Under the pieces are notes generated by a model. That model made no database searches, was not told the DNA's origin, and saw only the letters and a list, made by a program, of their open reading frames with translations. Made by a program: the position numbers and the translations under genes. This document shows positions 50,135-59,505 of a stretch of 64,000 bases of DNA, one piece after another. How positions within the stretch are numbered: the stretch's first letter is position 1; each line of letters begins with the position of its first letter. Source of the stretch: Acidobacteriota bacterium (lineage in GTDB: Bacteria; Acidobacteriota; UBA6911; JACQSX01); NCBI GenBank assembly GCA_036507075.1, contig DASXQR010000163.1, positions 17,699 to 81,698 on the forward strand, given 5' to 3'.

Positions 50135-51492
50135 CAGTTTGTCTGGGGCCGAACCAGTTTTGCGCCCGGTTCGGAGACAATTTTCCCATCGTGGAAAATG
50201 GTTTTCCCTCGAATCACGGTTTGTACCACGGCACCGGTGAAGGTGCATCCGGCGTACGGGCTGTATGGATGACGGTAGAACAAATCGCCGGTCTTGAGTG
50301 TAACGGAACGGCGCAGATTTGCCAGCGTGAAATCGGCATCGGCCCCCGGGTCGAGAGATCCTTTGCAGGGAAAAACTCGAAAACGGCGCGCAGCGTTTTC
50401 CGAAGCGAGAGCGCTGAGCAATGTCAATGGAACATCTCTCTTTTGAACCCCCTCGGTGAGCATCGCGGGCAGCGTGGTCTGGCATCCCGAGATGCCGCCC
50501 CAAACGGAAAAGAAATTCGTGGCGCTCTTCATCGCGGGAAGGCACGGCGAATGATCGGACGCCACCATGTCGACAGCGCCCGACCGAAGGCATGCCCAGA
50601 GCTCTTCGCGGTGAAGTCGTGAGCGAAGCGGAGGCGCGCATTTGGCGATCCCTCCCAGTCTTTCCATGTCCTCTTCTGTAAAGAGAAGATAATGCGGGCA
50701 TGTCTCGCAGGAAACGTCGATGCCTTGCCGGCGCGCTTCCTGAACCAGCCGAATTCCACGGCCGGTGCTGACATGAACTATATGCAGCGCGCACCGCGAT
50801 TCGGACGCCAGGAGAATGGCGCGGTGGATGGCCTCCAGTTCAGCCACCACCGGTCTTGAGTCCAGATAATCACGGGCTGAAGTTCGATTTTGCGCGGCTG
50901 CCCGCTGCGCCCGGGCGCGGGTAATGCTGTTGTTCTCCGCATGAACCGCCAGCAGCGAGCGCAGCGAGGCGATGCGCTTCATGCCTTCATACAATACGGC
51001 GTCATCCACGCAGGGGAAGTCTTCGATGCCGCTTTCCGACATAAAAGCCTTGAACCCCACAACACCGCAGGCGGCCAGCTCTTCCAGAGAATCCAGATTG
51101 TGCGGCACCAAACCTCCCCAGAGCGCAAAATCCGCGACCGAGCGAGCCCGGCCGATCCGCGCCTTCTCATCGAAACTCGCGGCATCGATGGTGGGGGGGC
51201 TTGAGTTCAGCGGCATGTCAAAGAACAGCGTGATCCCTCCTGCGACCAGTGCGCGACTGGCGGTGGCAAATCCTTCCCACTCGGTCCTTCCCGGCTCGTT
51301 GCAGTGCACGTGCGGATCGATGATCCCGGGGAATAGATGCAGCGCGGCAGCATCGATCGACTGCGCCGCGCTGCCTGCCAGATCCTTGCCCCGTTTCTGG
51401 ATCTTCCCTTCAGCGACAGCGATGTCGCTTTGCTCGAGGCCGGAAGGCAAAACAACAGTGGCATTCCGAATCAGCAGGTCGTAGTCGGGCAT
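50134..51492 (-). CDS. allB: Allantoinase
   Basis: DPHVHCNEPGRTEWEG, DMPLNSSP, VHAEN, ETCPHYL, ASDHSP. Confidence 0.93.
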   Translation of the reverse strand: MPDYDLLIRNATVVLPSGLEQSDIAVAEGKIQKRGKDLAGSAAQSIDAAALHLFPGIIDPHVHCNEPGRTEWEGFATASRALVAGGITLFFDMPLNSSPPTIDAASFDEKARIGRARSVADFALWGGLVPHNLDSLEELAACGVVGFKAFMSESGIEDFPCVDDAVLYEGMKRIASLRSLLAVHAENNSITRARAQRAAAQNRTSARDYLDSRPVVAELEAIHRAILLASESRCALHIVHVSTGRGIRLVQEARRQGIDVSCETCPHYLLFTEEDMERLGGIAKCAPPLRSRLHREELWACLRSGAVDMVASDHSPCLPAMKSATNFFSVWGGISGCQTTLPAMLTEGVQKRDVPLTLLSALASENAARRFRVFPCKGSLDPGADADFTLANLRRSVTLKTGDLFYRHPYSPYAGCTFTGAVVQTVIRGKTIFHDGKIVSEPGAKLVRPQTN

Positions 51493-51507
51493 CCGCTCTG
51501 CCTCTTA

Positions 51508-51614
51508 CAGTACCGCGGGGCGTCAGCCCGCGGCGCACTCATCTCGCCATCTCGGACCTGTCAGCACTCAGGCCGTTCGGTACACGCGCCGCGGGCTGAC
51601 GCCCCGCGGTACTG
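51508..51614. repeat. Perfect 29-bp inverted repeat (CAGTACCGCG family)
   Basis: cagtaccgcggggcgtcagcccgcggcgc pairs with gcgccgcgggctgacgccccgcggtactg. Confidence 0.92.
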
Positions 51615-51624
51615 CTGGAAGTGG

Positions 51625-52899
51625 TTAGAACTTGCCCTGTGTCCTCTGTGCCTCTGTGGTGAAATCTTTCGCCAGAAGGCTAATGAACTCGTTCATCACG
51701 GAAATGGCCGTCGCCATATCTTCAATGGAAACGCATTCATCCGGATGATGGCTGATTCCAGCCCGGCAGCGGACAAACAACATCGCCGCTTCCGTTACCG
51801 CAGCCATCGACACGGCATCATGTCCGGCGCCGCTGGGTAACAGCATGAAGGAAGCGGAGACATTCCGGCAGGCTTGGGACAGCAGGCCTTTCAGCGACTC
51901 GGAACAGACCGTTGAATCGTTGTCACTGACTTCCTGCCAGAAAACCTCCAGGTTTCTCGCTTCTCCAATAGCCAAAGCCTTGTCATAAAGCTCTCGACAG
52001 GCCCGGCGCCGTGCTGAATCCTCAACGTGCCTGACATCGAGGCTGACGATCGCCCGACCCGGTATTACATTGCCGGCGCTCTGGGGAACCTGCATCGTCC
52101 CCACTGTGGCCAAAAGCTCGTGCCGGCTGCGCGCGCAGCTTTCCACAAAGAGGACAAACTCGGCGGCGCCGCACAGAGCATCGCGGCGCAGGTTCATCGG
52201 GGTAGTCCCGGCGTGGCCTGCACGTCCCTGGAACTGAACACTGGCCCGCGTTTGCCCGGCGATCGCCGTTACGATTCCCACTGGATGAGCGTGGGCTTCC
52301 AGTACCGGTCCCTGCTCGATGTGGACTTCGCAGTACGCAACCAGCGATTCGGACCGGTAGCGGTCATTGCCCAGAAGCGCCGGGTCTCCCCCAAATTCCC
52401 TGATTGCATCCGAGATGGAAATGCCCTGCCGGTCGCGCAGCAGGAGCCAGCGTTGATCGAAGGTACCGGCGGCGACACTGCTGCCCAGATAGGGTGCCTG
52501 GTACCGGATGCCTTCCTCTTCTGAGAAGCCGATCACATCAAGATGAAACGGCAGACGCGTGTTGTCCTTGCGCAGCTTTTCCACGCATGCCAGCGCCAGC
52601 ACCACGCCGAGTGCTCCATCGAATTTGCCGGCATTTGGCACCGTGTCTAAGTGTGATCCCAGCAGGAGGACCGGCGCATTCGGATTCTCGGCCGCAAACC
52701 GGCCAATGAGATTGCCGATGTTGTCCAGCCGGACGCCCATATTGAGGTCGCGCCCCCATTCCGCAACCTGATCAACGGCGGAGCGCATGGCAGGCGACAG
52801 AAAAGTTCGGGTGAGCTGCCCCGGCTCTTCGGTGATTTGGCCGAGCCGTTCCAATCGTTGCATCACCTTGTCGGCCAGAACCAGCTCAGATTGACTCAT
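51625..52899 (-). CDS. allC: Allantoate amidohydrolase
   Basis: GSHLDTVP, EEEG, EVHIEQGP, GHAGTTPM, SGAGHDA; start at ATG 52899. Confidence 0.88.
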   Translation of the reverse strand: MSQSELVLADKVMQRLERLGQITEEPGQLTRTFLSPAMRSAVDQVAEWGRDLNMGVRLDNIGNLIGRFAAENPNAPVLLLGSHLDTVPNAGKFDGALGVVLALACVEKLRKDNTRLPFHLDVIGFSEEEGIRYQAPYLGSSVAAGTFDQRWLLLRDRQGISISDAIREFGGDPALLGNDRYRSESLVAYCEVHIEQGPVLEAHAHPVGIVTAIAGQTRASVQFQGRAGHAGTTPMNLRRDALCGAAEFVLFVESCARSRHELLATVGTMQVPQSAGNVIPGRAIVSLDVRHVEDSARRRACRELYDKALAIGEARNLEVFWQEVSDNDSTVCSESLKGLLSQACRNVSASFMLLPSGAGHDAVSMAAVTEAAMLFVRCRAGISHHPDECVSIEDMATAISVMNEFISLLAKDFTTEAQRTQGKF

Positions 52900-52923
52900 T
52901 TCCGTCCACCAATTCAGATTTTT

Positions 52924-53213
52924 GGGAGTGGGAGAGTGGGAGAGTGGAGGAATGGGGAGGTGGGGGATTTCGGCGACATCCGAACCGCGCGCGTAAGCAA
53001 GCGGACCCTCGATTGAGCACTTCTTCACCGCTATTGAAACTCTAACCCATGCTCATCTGCGTAGTGCTGTGTGCGCAGCGCATCGAGGGTCCGCTCGCTT
53101 ACGCGCGCGGTTCGGACGTCGCCGAAATTCCCCACTCCCCCACTCCCCCACTCCCTAACTTCCCCACTCCCTAACTTCCCCACTCCCTAACTTCCCCACT
53201 CCCTAACTTCCCC
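52924..53213. repeat. Nested element: (GGGAGAGT)/(CCCCACTC) arrays outside a 47-bp inverted repeat
   Basis: Arms 52967-53013 and 53082-53128 differ at 2 positions; 16-mer ccccactccctaactt occurs four times. Confidence 0.93.
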
Positions 53214-53565
53214 TATACGTGCTGTACGCCCATGGAGAAGCAAGCAACGGAATATGATACCGGACGTTCACATCCGAGATTCCGAAGCGCACCGGCACGC
53301 GGTCGAGAAAACGGACTGAGTCAGAAGTGGGAATGATCGTGGAGAAATAATCACCCACAAAAAAAATCAATTCGTAAATTCCGTTTTCCATTTCTCCTGC
53401 CTCCAGGAGCGGCTTGTCGGTCCTGCCGTCGGCATTGGTGGTGACATCCTTGAGCAATCTTTTGCGTTCCCCCGACACATCGATGCGCCACAGCTCGATT
53501 TTCATATTTGCGGCCGGGTGACCATGGGCTGTGTCCAGCACGTGTGTGGTAATTTGTCCGGGCAT
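53203..53565 (-). CDS. uraH: 5-hydroxyisourate hydrolase
   Basis: TTHVLDT, TNADGR, YHIPLL, C-terminal YRGS. Confidence 0.96.
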   Translation of the reverse strand: MPGQITTHVLDTAHGHPAANMKIELWRIDVSGERKRLLKDVTTNADGRTDKPLLEAGEMENGIYELIFFVGDYFSTIIPTSDSVRFLDRVPVRFGISDVNVRYHIPLLASPWAYSTYRGS

Positions 53566-53570
53566 CGATT

Positions 53571-54080
53571 TCAATGTAACAAGCGCTGCAAACGAAAATA
53601 GGCGATCTTGCAGATTTCATCAATGGCGGAATTCATTTCGATGGCCGGTGTGTTGTGCAATCTGACATTGAATTCTTTCAGGATGCTTTGCCTGTCGTGC
53701 TGCCTCACACAAATGACAAACGGGAAGCCGAACCGCCGCCGGTAACGCTGGTTGAGATCCGCGAAAGCCCCCGCTTCGTTTTGAGCGAGGCGGCCGAGGG
53801 AAGCGGACCTCTGTTCCGATTCGGACTCACGTGTAAGGTTTTGTCCCGGATCTGCAAGCTCGGGATGACATCGTATCAAGGCCAGCTTTTCAGGGTCGCC
53901 TGCCTCCCGAATCACCAGGCATAACGCCGCATGCAGCTCTTCGAGTGTCTTGAACGGCCGCTGGCGCCATGCCAGTTCCGGGATCCACGGTGATTTCTCA
54001 AAGATGCCCGCCAGCGCGCGCGCGAAATCGTGACGACTCATTGCATTGAGCTCCGCGATCGAAATCCTGCGCTCGTTCAT
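53571..54080 (-). CDS. uraD: OHCU decarboxylase
   Basis: FEKSPW, HPEL, SESEQ, FGFPFVICVR, KIAYFRL. Confidence 0.93.
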   Translation of the reverse strand: MNERRISIAELNAMSRHDFARALAGIFEKSPWIPELAWRQRPFKTLEELHAALCLVIREAGDPEKLALIRCHPELADPGQNLTRESESEQRSASLGRLAQNEAGAFADLNQRYRRRFGFPFVICVRQHDRQSILKEFNVRLHNTPAIEMNSAIDEICKIAYFRLQRLLH

Positions 54081-54251
54081 TTGTAGGACGCCGGCAGCCT
54101 ACCATGATGAGTCAGAAGGCGTGAAAAAAATCCACTCTCCCGCTCCCCACTCAGCCACAGGACTTCTTGAAATTGTTTTCCGGTCATGCTGCGGACCTGT
54201 GAGAAAATCCAAAAGCTTTACCGCGACGGCGCAAACGGCGCGAAAACCCCT

Positions 54252-55097
54252 ATGACCCCGGAAAAGTTGATCGAGCAACATTATGGAAAGCAGAAAGTTC
54301 GCCTGCTAAAAGTGCTGCGTGAAGGTGAAGTTCACTCGATCCGGGAGCTTGAAGTGGCCATAATGCTGGAAGGTGACTTCGAGTCCCCCTACACAGGCGC
54401 TGACAACCGGCTGGTAATCGCCACCGACAGCATGAAAAACATCGTGTACGCGCTGGCTAAGGACTACCTTGTCGGGGACATCGAGCCGTTCGGCGATGCT
54501 CTGGGGAAGTTTTTTCTTGACCGGTATGCGCAAGTAAAGCTGGCTGACGTTCAGGTTGTCGAGTCTCCCTGGAATCGAGTGGCGGTGGACGGCAAACTGC
54601 ATGGCCACACGTTCACCCGTGCCGACGCAATGAAAACCTTCGCGCGCCTGCGATGTAATCGGGGACAGACCAATGTTGAGTCCGGGATTCAGGATCTTGT
54701 GATTCTCAAATCAACCGGTTCGGGTTTTGAAGGCTTTCACAGGGACGATTACACAACATTGCCCGAGACAGCCGATCGGGTGCTGGCCACGCGGTTGGAG
54801 GCGCGCTGGATTTTCCGGCAAACCCTGCGCAATTACAGACCCGCCAATGATTCCATCGTGGCGTCGATGCTCAGAACGTTTGCGCGGGAATACAGTCCTT
54901 CGGTGCAGAGGACTCTGTATCAGATGGGGAAGGCGGCTCTTGAAGAGAGCCTTGAGATCTCCGAAATCCACTTGAGCATGCCCAACCTGCACTGCCTGCC
55001 CGTGAACCTTCGGCCGTTCGGCATGGACAACAACAACGAAATATTCGTGCCCACCGAAGAGCCTCATGGACTGATCGAGGCTACCGTGCGCCGCTAA
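54252..55097 (+). CDS. pucL: Cofactor-independent urate oxidase (uricase)
   Basis: YGK, ATDSMKN, LKSTGSGFEGF, SPSVQ, MPNLH, PHGLIE. Confidence 0.94.
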   Translation: MTPEKLIEQHYGKQKVRLLKVLREGEVHSIRELEVAIMLEGDFESPYTGADNRLVIATDSMKNIVYALAKDYLVGDIEPFGDALGKFFLDRYAQVKLADVQVVESPWNRVAVDGKLHGHTFTRADAMKTFARLRCNRGQTNVESGIQDLVILKSTGSGFEGFHRDDYTTLPETADRVLATRLEARWIFRQTLRNYRPANDSIVASMLRTFAREYSPSVQRTLYQMGKAALEESLEISEIHLSMPNLHCLPVNLRPFGMDNNNEIFVPTEEPHGLIEATVRR

Positions 55098-55109
55098 AAG
55101 TTCCAGTGG

Positions 55110-55317
55110 CTAATTGGTCGCTAATTGGGGACAGACCCCCATTTTGGTTCAATTAGAATTAGGGACAGACCCCCATTTCGGAAAGCCGGAACCGCGAAGG
55201 CGCGAAATGCGTGAGGGTTACTTGACCGGCTAAATGGGCCTGACTTGGATGTCTGCGGATCTGCCCGCTCTGCAACGCCTGTAATCATAACTTTCGCCCT
55301 TCGCGCCATCGCGGTGG
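55110..55317. repeat. RAYT-type REP pair followed by a CCGCGAAGGCGCGAA palindromic element
   Basis: ggggacagaccccc and agggacagacccc; aaccgcgaaggcgcgaa ... ttcgcgccatcgcggt. Confidence 0.8.
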
Positions 55318-55324
55318 ATTCCCC

Positions 55325-55396
55325 TTGACTGGCGAAGTGTTTTCCTTATCATACACTTGGAGAATGTACAATAATTCGATCAATTTAGTAGGGTAT
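55325..55396 (+). promoter_or_regulatory. Sigma-70-like promoter and Rrf2 (IscR/CymR-like) operator
   Basis: TTGACT-N16-TATCAT; ATAATTCGATCAATTTAGTAGGGTAT resembles IscR type-1 sites. Confidence 0.55.
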
Positions 55397-55452
55397 AGTT
55401 CGGAGATCTGTACAAACGAAACTTCGGGCGGGCGCGATTTGAGGGGTACTAA

Positions 55453-57747
55453 ATGAAGGCCAGCAATAGATACTGGAAGGAAACTCTGGATGCAGAAATG
55501 CCTCCACACCTGGCGCGTGAGATCGACAACTATGAAACCGAGGTCGAGCTCAGAAAACAGGGCAAGATGGAAGAAAAGCTGTTTGCGGAAATCCGATTGC
55601 GCCGCGGTGTTTACGGACAGAGATACGATAATGGCCAGCGTTGGGACGGCGAAAAGACACAACAGCTCAGCTATCCGTCCGCCGCACTGACCAAAGGACC
55701 GAATACGTTGTGGGACGCGCCGGGCATGCAGCGGATCAAAATTCCGTTCGGCGGGTTGAACGCCAGGCAACTGGAAGTGCTGGCTGATTTGGCCGAAGAA
55801 TACTCCGACGGAATTGCGCACGTGACAACGCGGCAGGATTTTCAGCTGCACTTTGTCCACGTAGACGACACCCCGTCGCTGATGCGGCGTCTTGCGGCCG
55901 TGGGCATCACGACACGGGAAGCCTGCGGCAACTCGGTACGGAACGTGACGGCATGCCCTTACTCGGGTGTGTGTCCGGATGAGACGTTCGATGTGACGCC
56001 GTATGCCGAGGCATGCGCGCGTTTTCTGCTGGGCCATCCTGACACTCAGGATTTTGGACGCAAATTTAAGATCGCTTTTTCCGGATGCAAGGACCGAGCC
56101 TGCGGGCTGGTCAACATGCACGATATGGGAGCGATCGCCGTCAAACGCACGGAAAACGGACAGGAACGCCGCGGCTTTGAGTTTTATGTAGGCGGCGGCC
56201 TGGGCGCCGTCCCGCATCAAGCCAAGCTGTTCGATTCCTTCTTGCCGGAAGAGGAATTGCTGCCCGTCAGCCAGGCTATTTCCAGAGTGTTCGCGCGTCT
56301 GGGTGAGAAAAAGAACCGAAATCGCGCGCGCATTAAATTTCTGGTCGCCGAACTCGGCATCGAGGAATTCCGAAGACTGGTCCTCGAAGAGCGCGCCACG
56401 CTCCAGCAGGACTCCAGATGGACGTCATATCTGCCGCTGGCGCACTCGTTCGAAGAAACAGCGCTCAAACCCGGGGTATCCCTGAACGGCAGGGAACAGC
56501 CGGAAGAATTGGAGCGCTGGATGACTACCAATGTCATTGCACAGCGACAGGCCGGTTATGCCGTGGTGACCATCGCGCTTCCGCTTGGCGATATCACGGC
56601 AACTCAATTGCGCGGCGTCGCGGATCTGGCGCGGCGTTTCGTGAAGGACACGATTCGCACTACCGTGGAACAAAACCTGGTGCTGCGCTGGGTCAGCGCC
56701 GCAGACCTGCCGGATCTGTATTCGGAGCTTAAAAACCTGGGTTTGCAGCAGCCGGGAGCGGGCACCATTGTCGACATAACAGCCTGCCCGGGTACGGATA
56801 CCTGCAAACTCGGCATCGCGTCTTCTCGAGGACTTGCCGCTGAACTGCGCACGCGACTGGCAGAGACCAGCCACCGGCTGGATGAAGCGGTCCGCGATCT
56901 GCATATCAAAGTGAGCGGCTGCTTTAATTCCTGCGGCCAGCACCACATTGCAGATCTTGGATTTTACGGTGTGAGCCGCCATGTCGGGGGTTACACGGTT
57001 CCTCATTTTCAGGTGGTGCTGGGCGGCCGCTGGCTCGACAACGCGGGATCTTTTGGACTTGCCATGGGCGCCATTCCGTCCAGACGGATTCCCGAGGCGG
57101 TAATGCGCATCACCGGACGGTATGTCTCCGATCGCCTGCGGGCAGAAAGCTTTCAGGAATTCATCAAACGCATCGGAAAAGCCGAAATCAAAAAGATGCT
57201 GGAAGATCTGGCACGCACCCCCGCTCATGATGTCGATCCTTCGTTTTACTCGGACTGGGGCGACCGGCGCGAATTCACCATCGGCGATATGGGGGCCGGG
57301 GAATGCGCCGGCGAAGTGGTGTCGCGCATCGAATTTGAGCTGGCCGCAGCCGAACGCGATATCTTCGAGGGCCAGGTGCTGCTTGACAAAGGGGATTTCC
57401 AGAAGGCCGGTGAAACAGCCTATGCCGCAATGACCCATGCGGCGGCGGCGCTGCTGAGAACTCAATTGCCGGAGACCCCGCAAAACGAGGATCGAATTGT
57501 TGCCGAGTTTCGCAGCCGCTTTTACGATACGCAATTGTTTTTTGATCCTTATGCGGGAGGCAAATTCGCGCAGTATCTTTTCCGCGCACATGACAAAGCC
57601 GCGCAACCCTTCACGCCCGATGTTGCCCATCAACGCATCGAAGAAGCGCAGTTGTTTGTCGAGGCCGCCTACAGTTGCCGCGCGCGCATAGCCGCCTCTC
57701 CGCCGGCGGAGAAATCTGCCCCGGACGCTGCCGTACCGTCGCGCTAA
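55453..57747 (+). CDS. Siroheme sulfite/nitrite reductase with a C-terminal helical (HEPN-like) extension
   Basis: RLRRGVYGQR, TTRQDFQLH, CPGTDTC and SGCFNSCG cluster ligands. Confidence 0.9.
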   Translation: MKASNRYWKETLDAEMPPHLAREIDNYETEVELRKQGKMEEKLFAEIRLRRGVYGQRYDNGQRWDGEKTQQLSYPSAALTKGPNTLWDAPGMQRIKIPFGGLNARQLEVLADLAEEYSDGIAHVTTRQDFQLHFVHVDDTPSLMRRLAAVGITTREACGNSVRNVTACPYSGVCPDETFDVTPYAEACARFLLGHPDTQDFGRKFKIAFSGCKDRACGLVNMHDMGAIAVKRTENGQERRGFEFYVGGGLGAVPHQAKLFDSFLPEEELLPVSQAISRVFARLGEKKNRNRARIKFLVAELGIEEFRRLVLEERATLQQDSRWTSYLPLAHSFEETALKPGVSLNGREQPEELERWMTTNVIAQRQAGYAVVTIALPLGDITATQLRGVADLARRFVKDTIRTTVEQNLVLRWVSAADLPDLYSELKNLGLQQPGAGTIVDITACPGTDTCKLGIASSRGLAAELRTRLAETSHRLDEAVRDLHIKVSGCFNSCGQHHIADLGFYGVSRHVGGYTVPHFQVVLGGRWLDNAGSFGLAMGAIPSRRIPEAVMRITGRYVSDRLRAESFQEFIKRIGKAEIKKMLEDLARTPAHDVDPSFYSDWGDRREFTIGDMGAGECAGEVVSRIEFELAAAERDIFEGQVLLDKGDFQKAGETAYAAMTHAAAALLRTQLPETPQNEDRIVAEFRSRFYDTQLFFDPYAGGKFAQYLFRAHDKAAQPFTPDVAHQRIEEAQLFVEAAYSCRARIAASPPAEKSAPDAAVPSR

Positions 57748-57758
57748 CGGTCCCGACA

Positions 57759-58349
57759 ATGCACGTTGAGCACATCAACATAAAGTTTTTCGTCAGAAAG
57801 CCGGAACTGGTAAATCTGGAGGACTTTCTCTCTGTTTTCACACAATGGATCCAGCAGCAGGCATGTGAAGGGCTGCTGGTGGATGTGGCCGATTATCGGC
57901 ACGTTCCAGCCGGACCGGGAGTAGTCCTGATCGGTGACGAGGCCAACTACAGCATGGACTGCGCCGGCAATCGGCTTGGCCTCCTCTATAATCAAAAATC
58001 TTCAATCGACGGCTCCATCCAGGATCGGATCAGCCGCACAGTCCGTTCCGCGCTACTGGCCTGCCGCCGCCTGGAAGAAGATCCTCTCCTGCAGGGCAAG
58101 CTCAGCTTCCTCGGAGAGGAGATTCTGCTGCTTGTTAATGACCGCCTGTTGGCTCCGAACACAGAGCAGACATTTTTACGCCTGGCGCCCGAAGTGCGTA
58201 GTTTCTTTGCCGAACTGTTTGATGAATCTGACTTTACACTGTCTCGCGATCCCGATCCCCGCGCAAGATTCAACATCCTTGTGAAGGCTGCCGGCCGGCT
58301 TGAGGTGAGCCGGCTCTTGTCTAACATGTCCAACCAAAAACCCGCCTAA
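57759..58349 (+). CDS. Hypothetical protein, probably co-transcribed with the reductase
   Basis: Starts 11 bp after the reductase stop; globular-looking sequence DVADYRHVPAGPGVVLIG. Confidence 0.75.
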   Translation: MHVEHINIKFFVRKPELVNLEDFLSVFTQWIQQQACEGLLVDVADYRHVPAGPGVVLIGDEANYSMDCAGNRLGLLYNQKSSIDGSIQDRISRTVRSALLACRRLEEDPLLQGKLSFLGEEILLLVNDRLLAPNTEQTFLRLAPEVRSFFAELFDESDFTLSRDPDPRARFNILVKAAGRLEVSRLLSNMSNQKPA

Positions 58350-58374
58350 TCCGCGGCGGTTCTACGGTTTTTCC

Positions 58375-58400
58375 GAAACAGACCGCCCGCCCATTCGTAT
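58375..58400 (+). promoter_or_regulatory. Probable autoregulatory ECF promoter
   Basis: GAAAC-N16-CGTA upstream of the ECF sigma gene. Confidence 0.55.
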
Positions 58401-58459
58401 CCACTCTGGTAGAAGCGACGTTGGATCCAAAAGCGGGCCGAATTTGAGAATGCGAGGAC

Positions 58460-59050
58460 ATGACCCAATCGCAAGATGCAATTCTTGTCGAGCGCTCGCT
58501 CGAGGGCGACGAATTGGCATTCGCCGAACTGGTGAAAAGGCACCAGGGGATCGTTTCGCGCAGGGTCTACCGGATACTGGGCAAATCACTGGATCACGCC
58601 GACGCAGTGCAAGAGGTTTTCCTGCGTGTTTATAATTCGCTGCGCCGCTACGATCCAAAACGGCCCTTTGAGCCGTGGATCTCCCGTATCGCGACCAATT
58701 ATTGCATTGACCAGTTACGCCGTCCCCGGTCAGGGAAAGTGATGCTCTGGACGGATCTGGAAGAAGGTGAGCAGCGACGCTTGCTGAGCATGACTCGAAA
58801 CGGAGATTTTGAATCCATCCTGCGCGAGGGTCTGGAGAGATATCAGGAAGTAGCCATGTCTTTGCTGCAGGAGCTGAAACCAAAGGAACGCGTTGCATTT
58901 ATAATGAGAGAGGTGGAAAATCGCAGTTACCTCGAGCTCGCCCGTGCTCTGGACGTATCCGAATTGGGGGCCAGAATAAGGGTTTCGAGAGCGAGAAAGA
59001 AGCTGCAGGCCAAGTTCCACGCCTATCTCGAAGGATTCGGAAAAAGGTAA
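58460..59050 (+). CDS. ECF sigma-70 factor
   Basis: DAVQEVFLR, WISRIATNYCID, region 4 SYLELA...RVSRAR. Confidence 0.93.
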   Translation: MTQSQDAILVERSLEGDELAFAELVKRHQGIVSRRVYRILGKSLDHADAVQEVFLRVYNSLRRYDPKRPFEPWISRIATNYCIDQLRRPRSGKVMLWTDLEEGEQRRLLSMTRNGDFESILREGLERYQEVAMSLLQELKPKERVAFIMREVENRSYLELARALDVSELGARIRVSRARKKLQAKFHAYLEGFGKR

Positions 59051-59058
59051 AGATTGAA

Positions 59059-59505
59059 ATGAACAATCTATGCAGATGGTTTGATCGTTATCGCGACGGC
59101 GAGTTGGACAGCCGCAAGCGAGCCCGGTTCGAGTATCATCTGGAGCAGTGTGATCGCTGCCGCTCAGGCATGACATTTTTGAGCAATCTGAAAACGGTTA
59201 TCGAGAAGGGATCCGTTGAGCTGACTTGGGATTTCAGCCACCAGACAGCCCGCCGCGCATTTGAGCAGAGTAAAAGGTGGGATGTGATGGTGATTTCATG
59301 GCTGCGGCCGGCCGCCGCCTGGATCGCCTGTGCGGCGATGCTGTTTGTGTTCAGCATCCTGGCATTGACTCCTTCCCGAACAGGTGCTGCTGAGTACGCC
59401 GAGTACGAAACGCTGCTGGCGCTAAACGACGCTAATGGAATGATGCCCCAGGCTTATGCCGAGGAAATGGCGCATTCCGCCGAAAATGGGGGAGTAAACC
59501 GATGA
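59059..59505 (+). CDS. Zinc-finger anti-sigma factor
   Basis: HLEQCDRC (HxxxCxxC) followed by a TM segment. Confidence 0.88.
   Translation: MNNLCRWFDRYRDGELDSRKRARFEYHLEQCDRCRSGMTFLSNLKTVIEKGSVELTWDFSHQTARRAFEQSKRWDVMVISWLRPAAAWIACAAMLFVFSILALTPSRTGAAEYAEYETLLALNDANGMMPQAYAEEMAHSAENGGVNR

Noticed and set aside
50135..50794. Long N-terminal extension of allE in the ORF track; likewise 14804-15055, 35412-35798, 52900-53028 and 60015-60284
   Set aside because: The extensions overlap other genes or repeat DNA; family similarity and better starts begin downstream
55285..57759. 311-aa and 444-aa minus-strand ORFs
   Set aside because: Antisense shadows of the reductase gene
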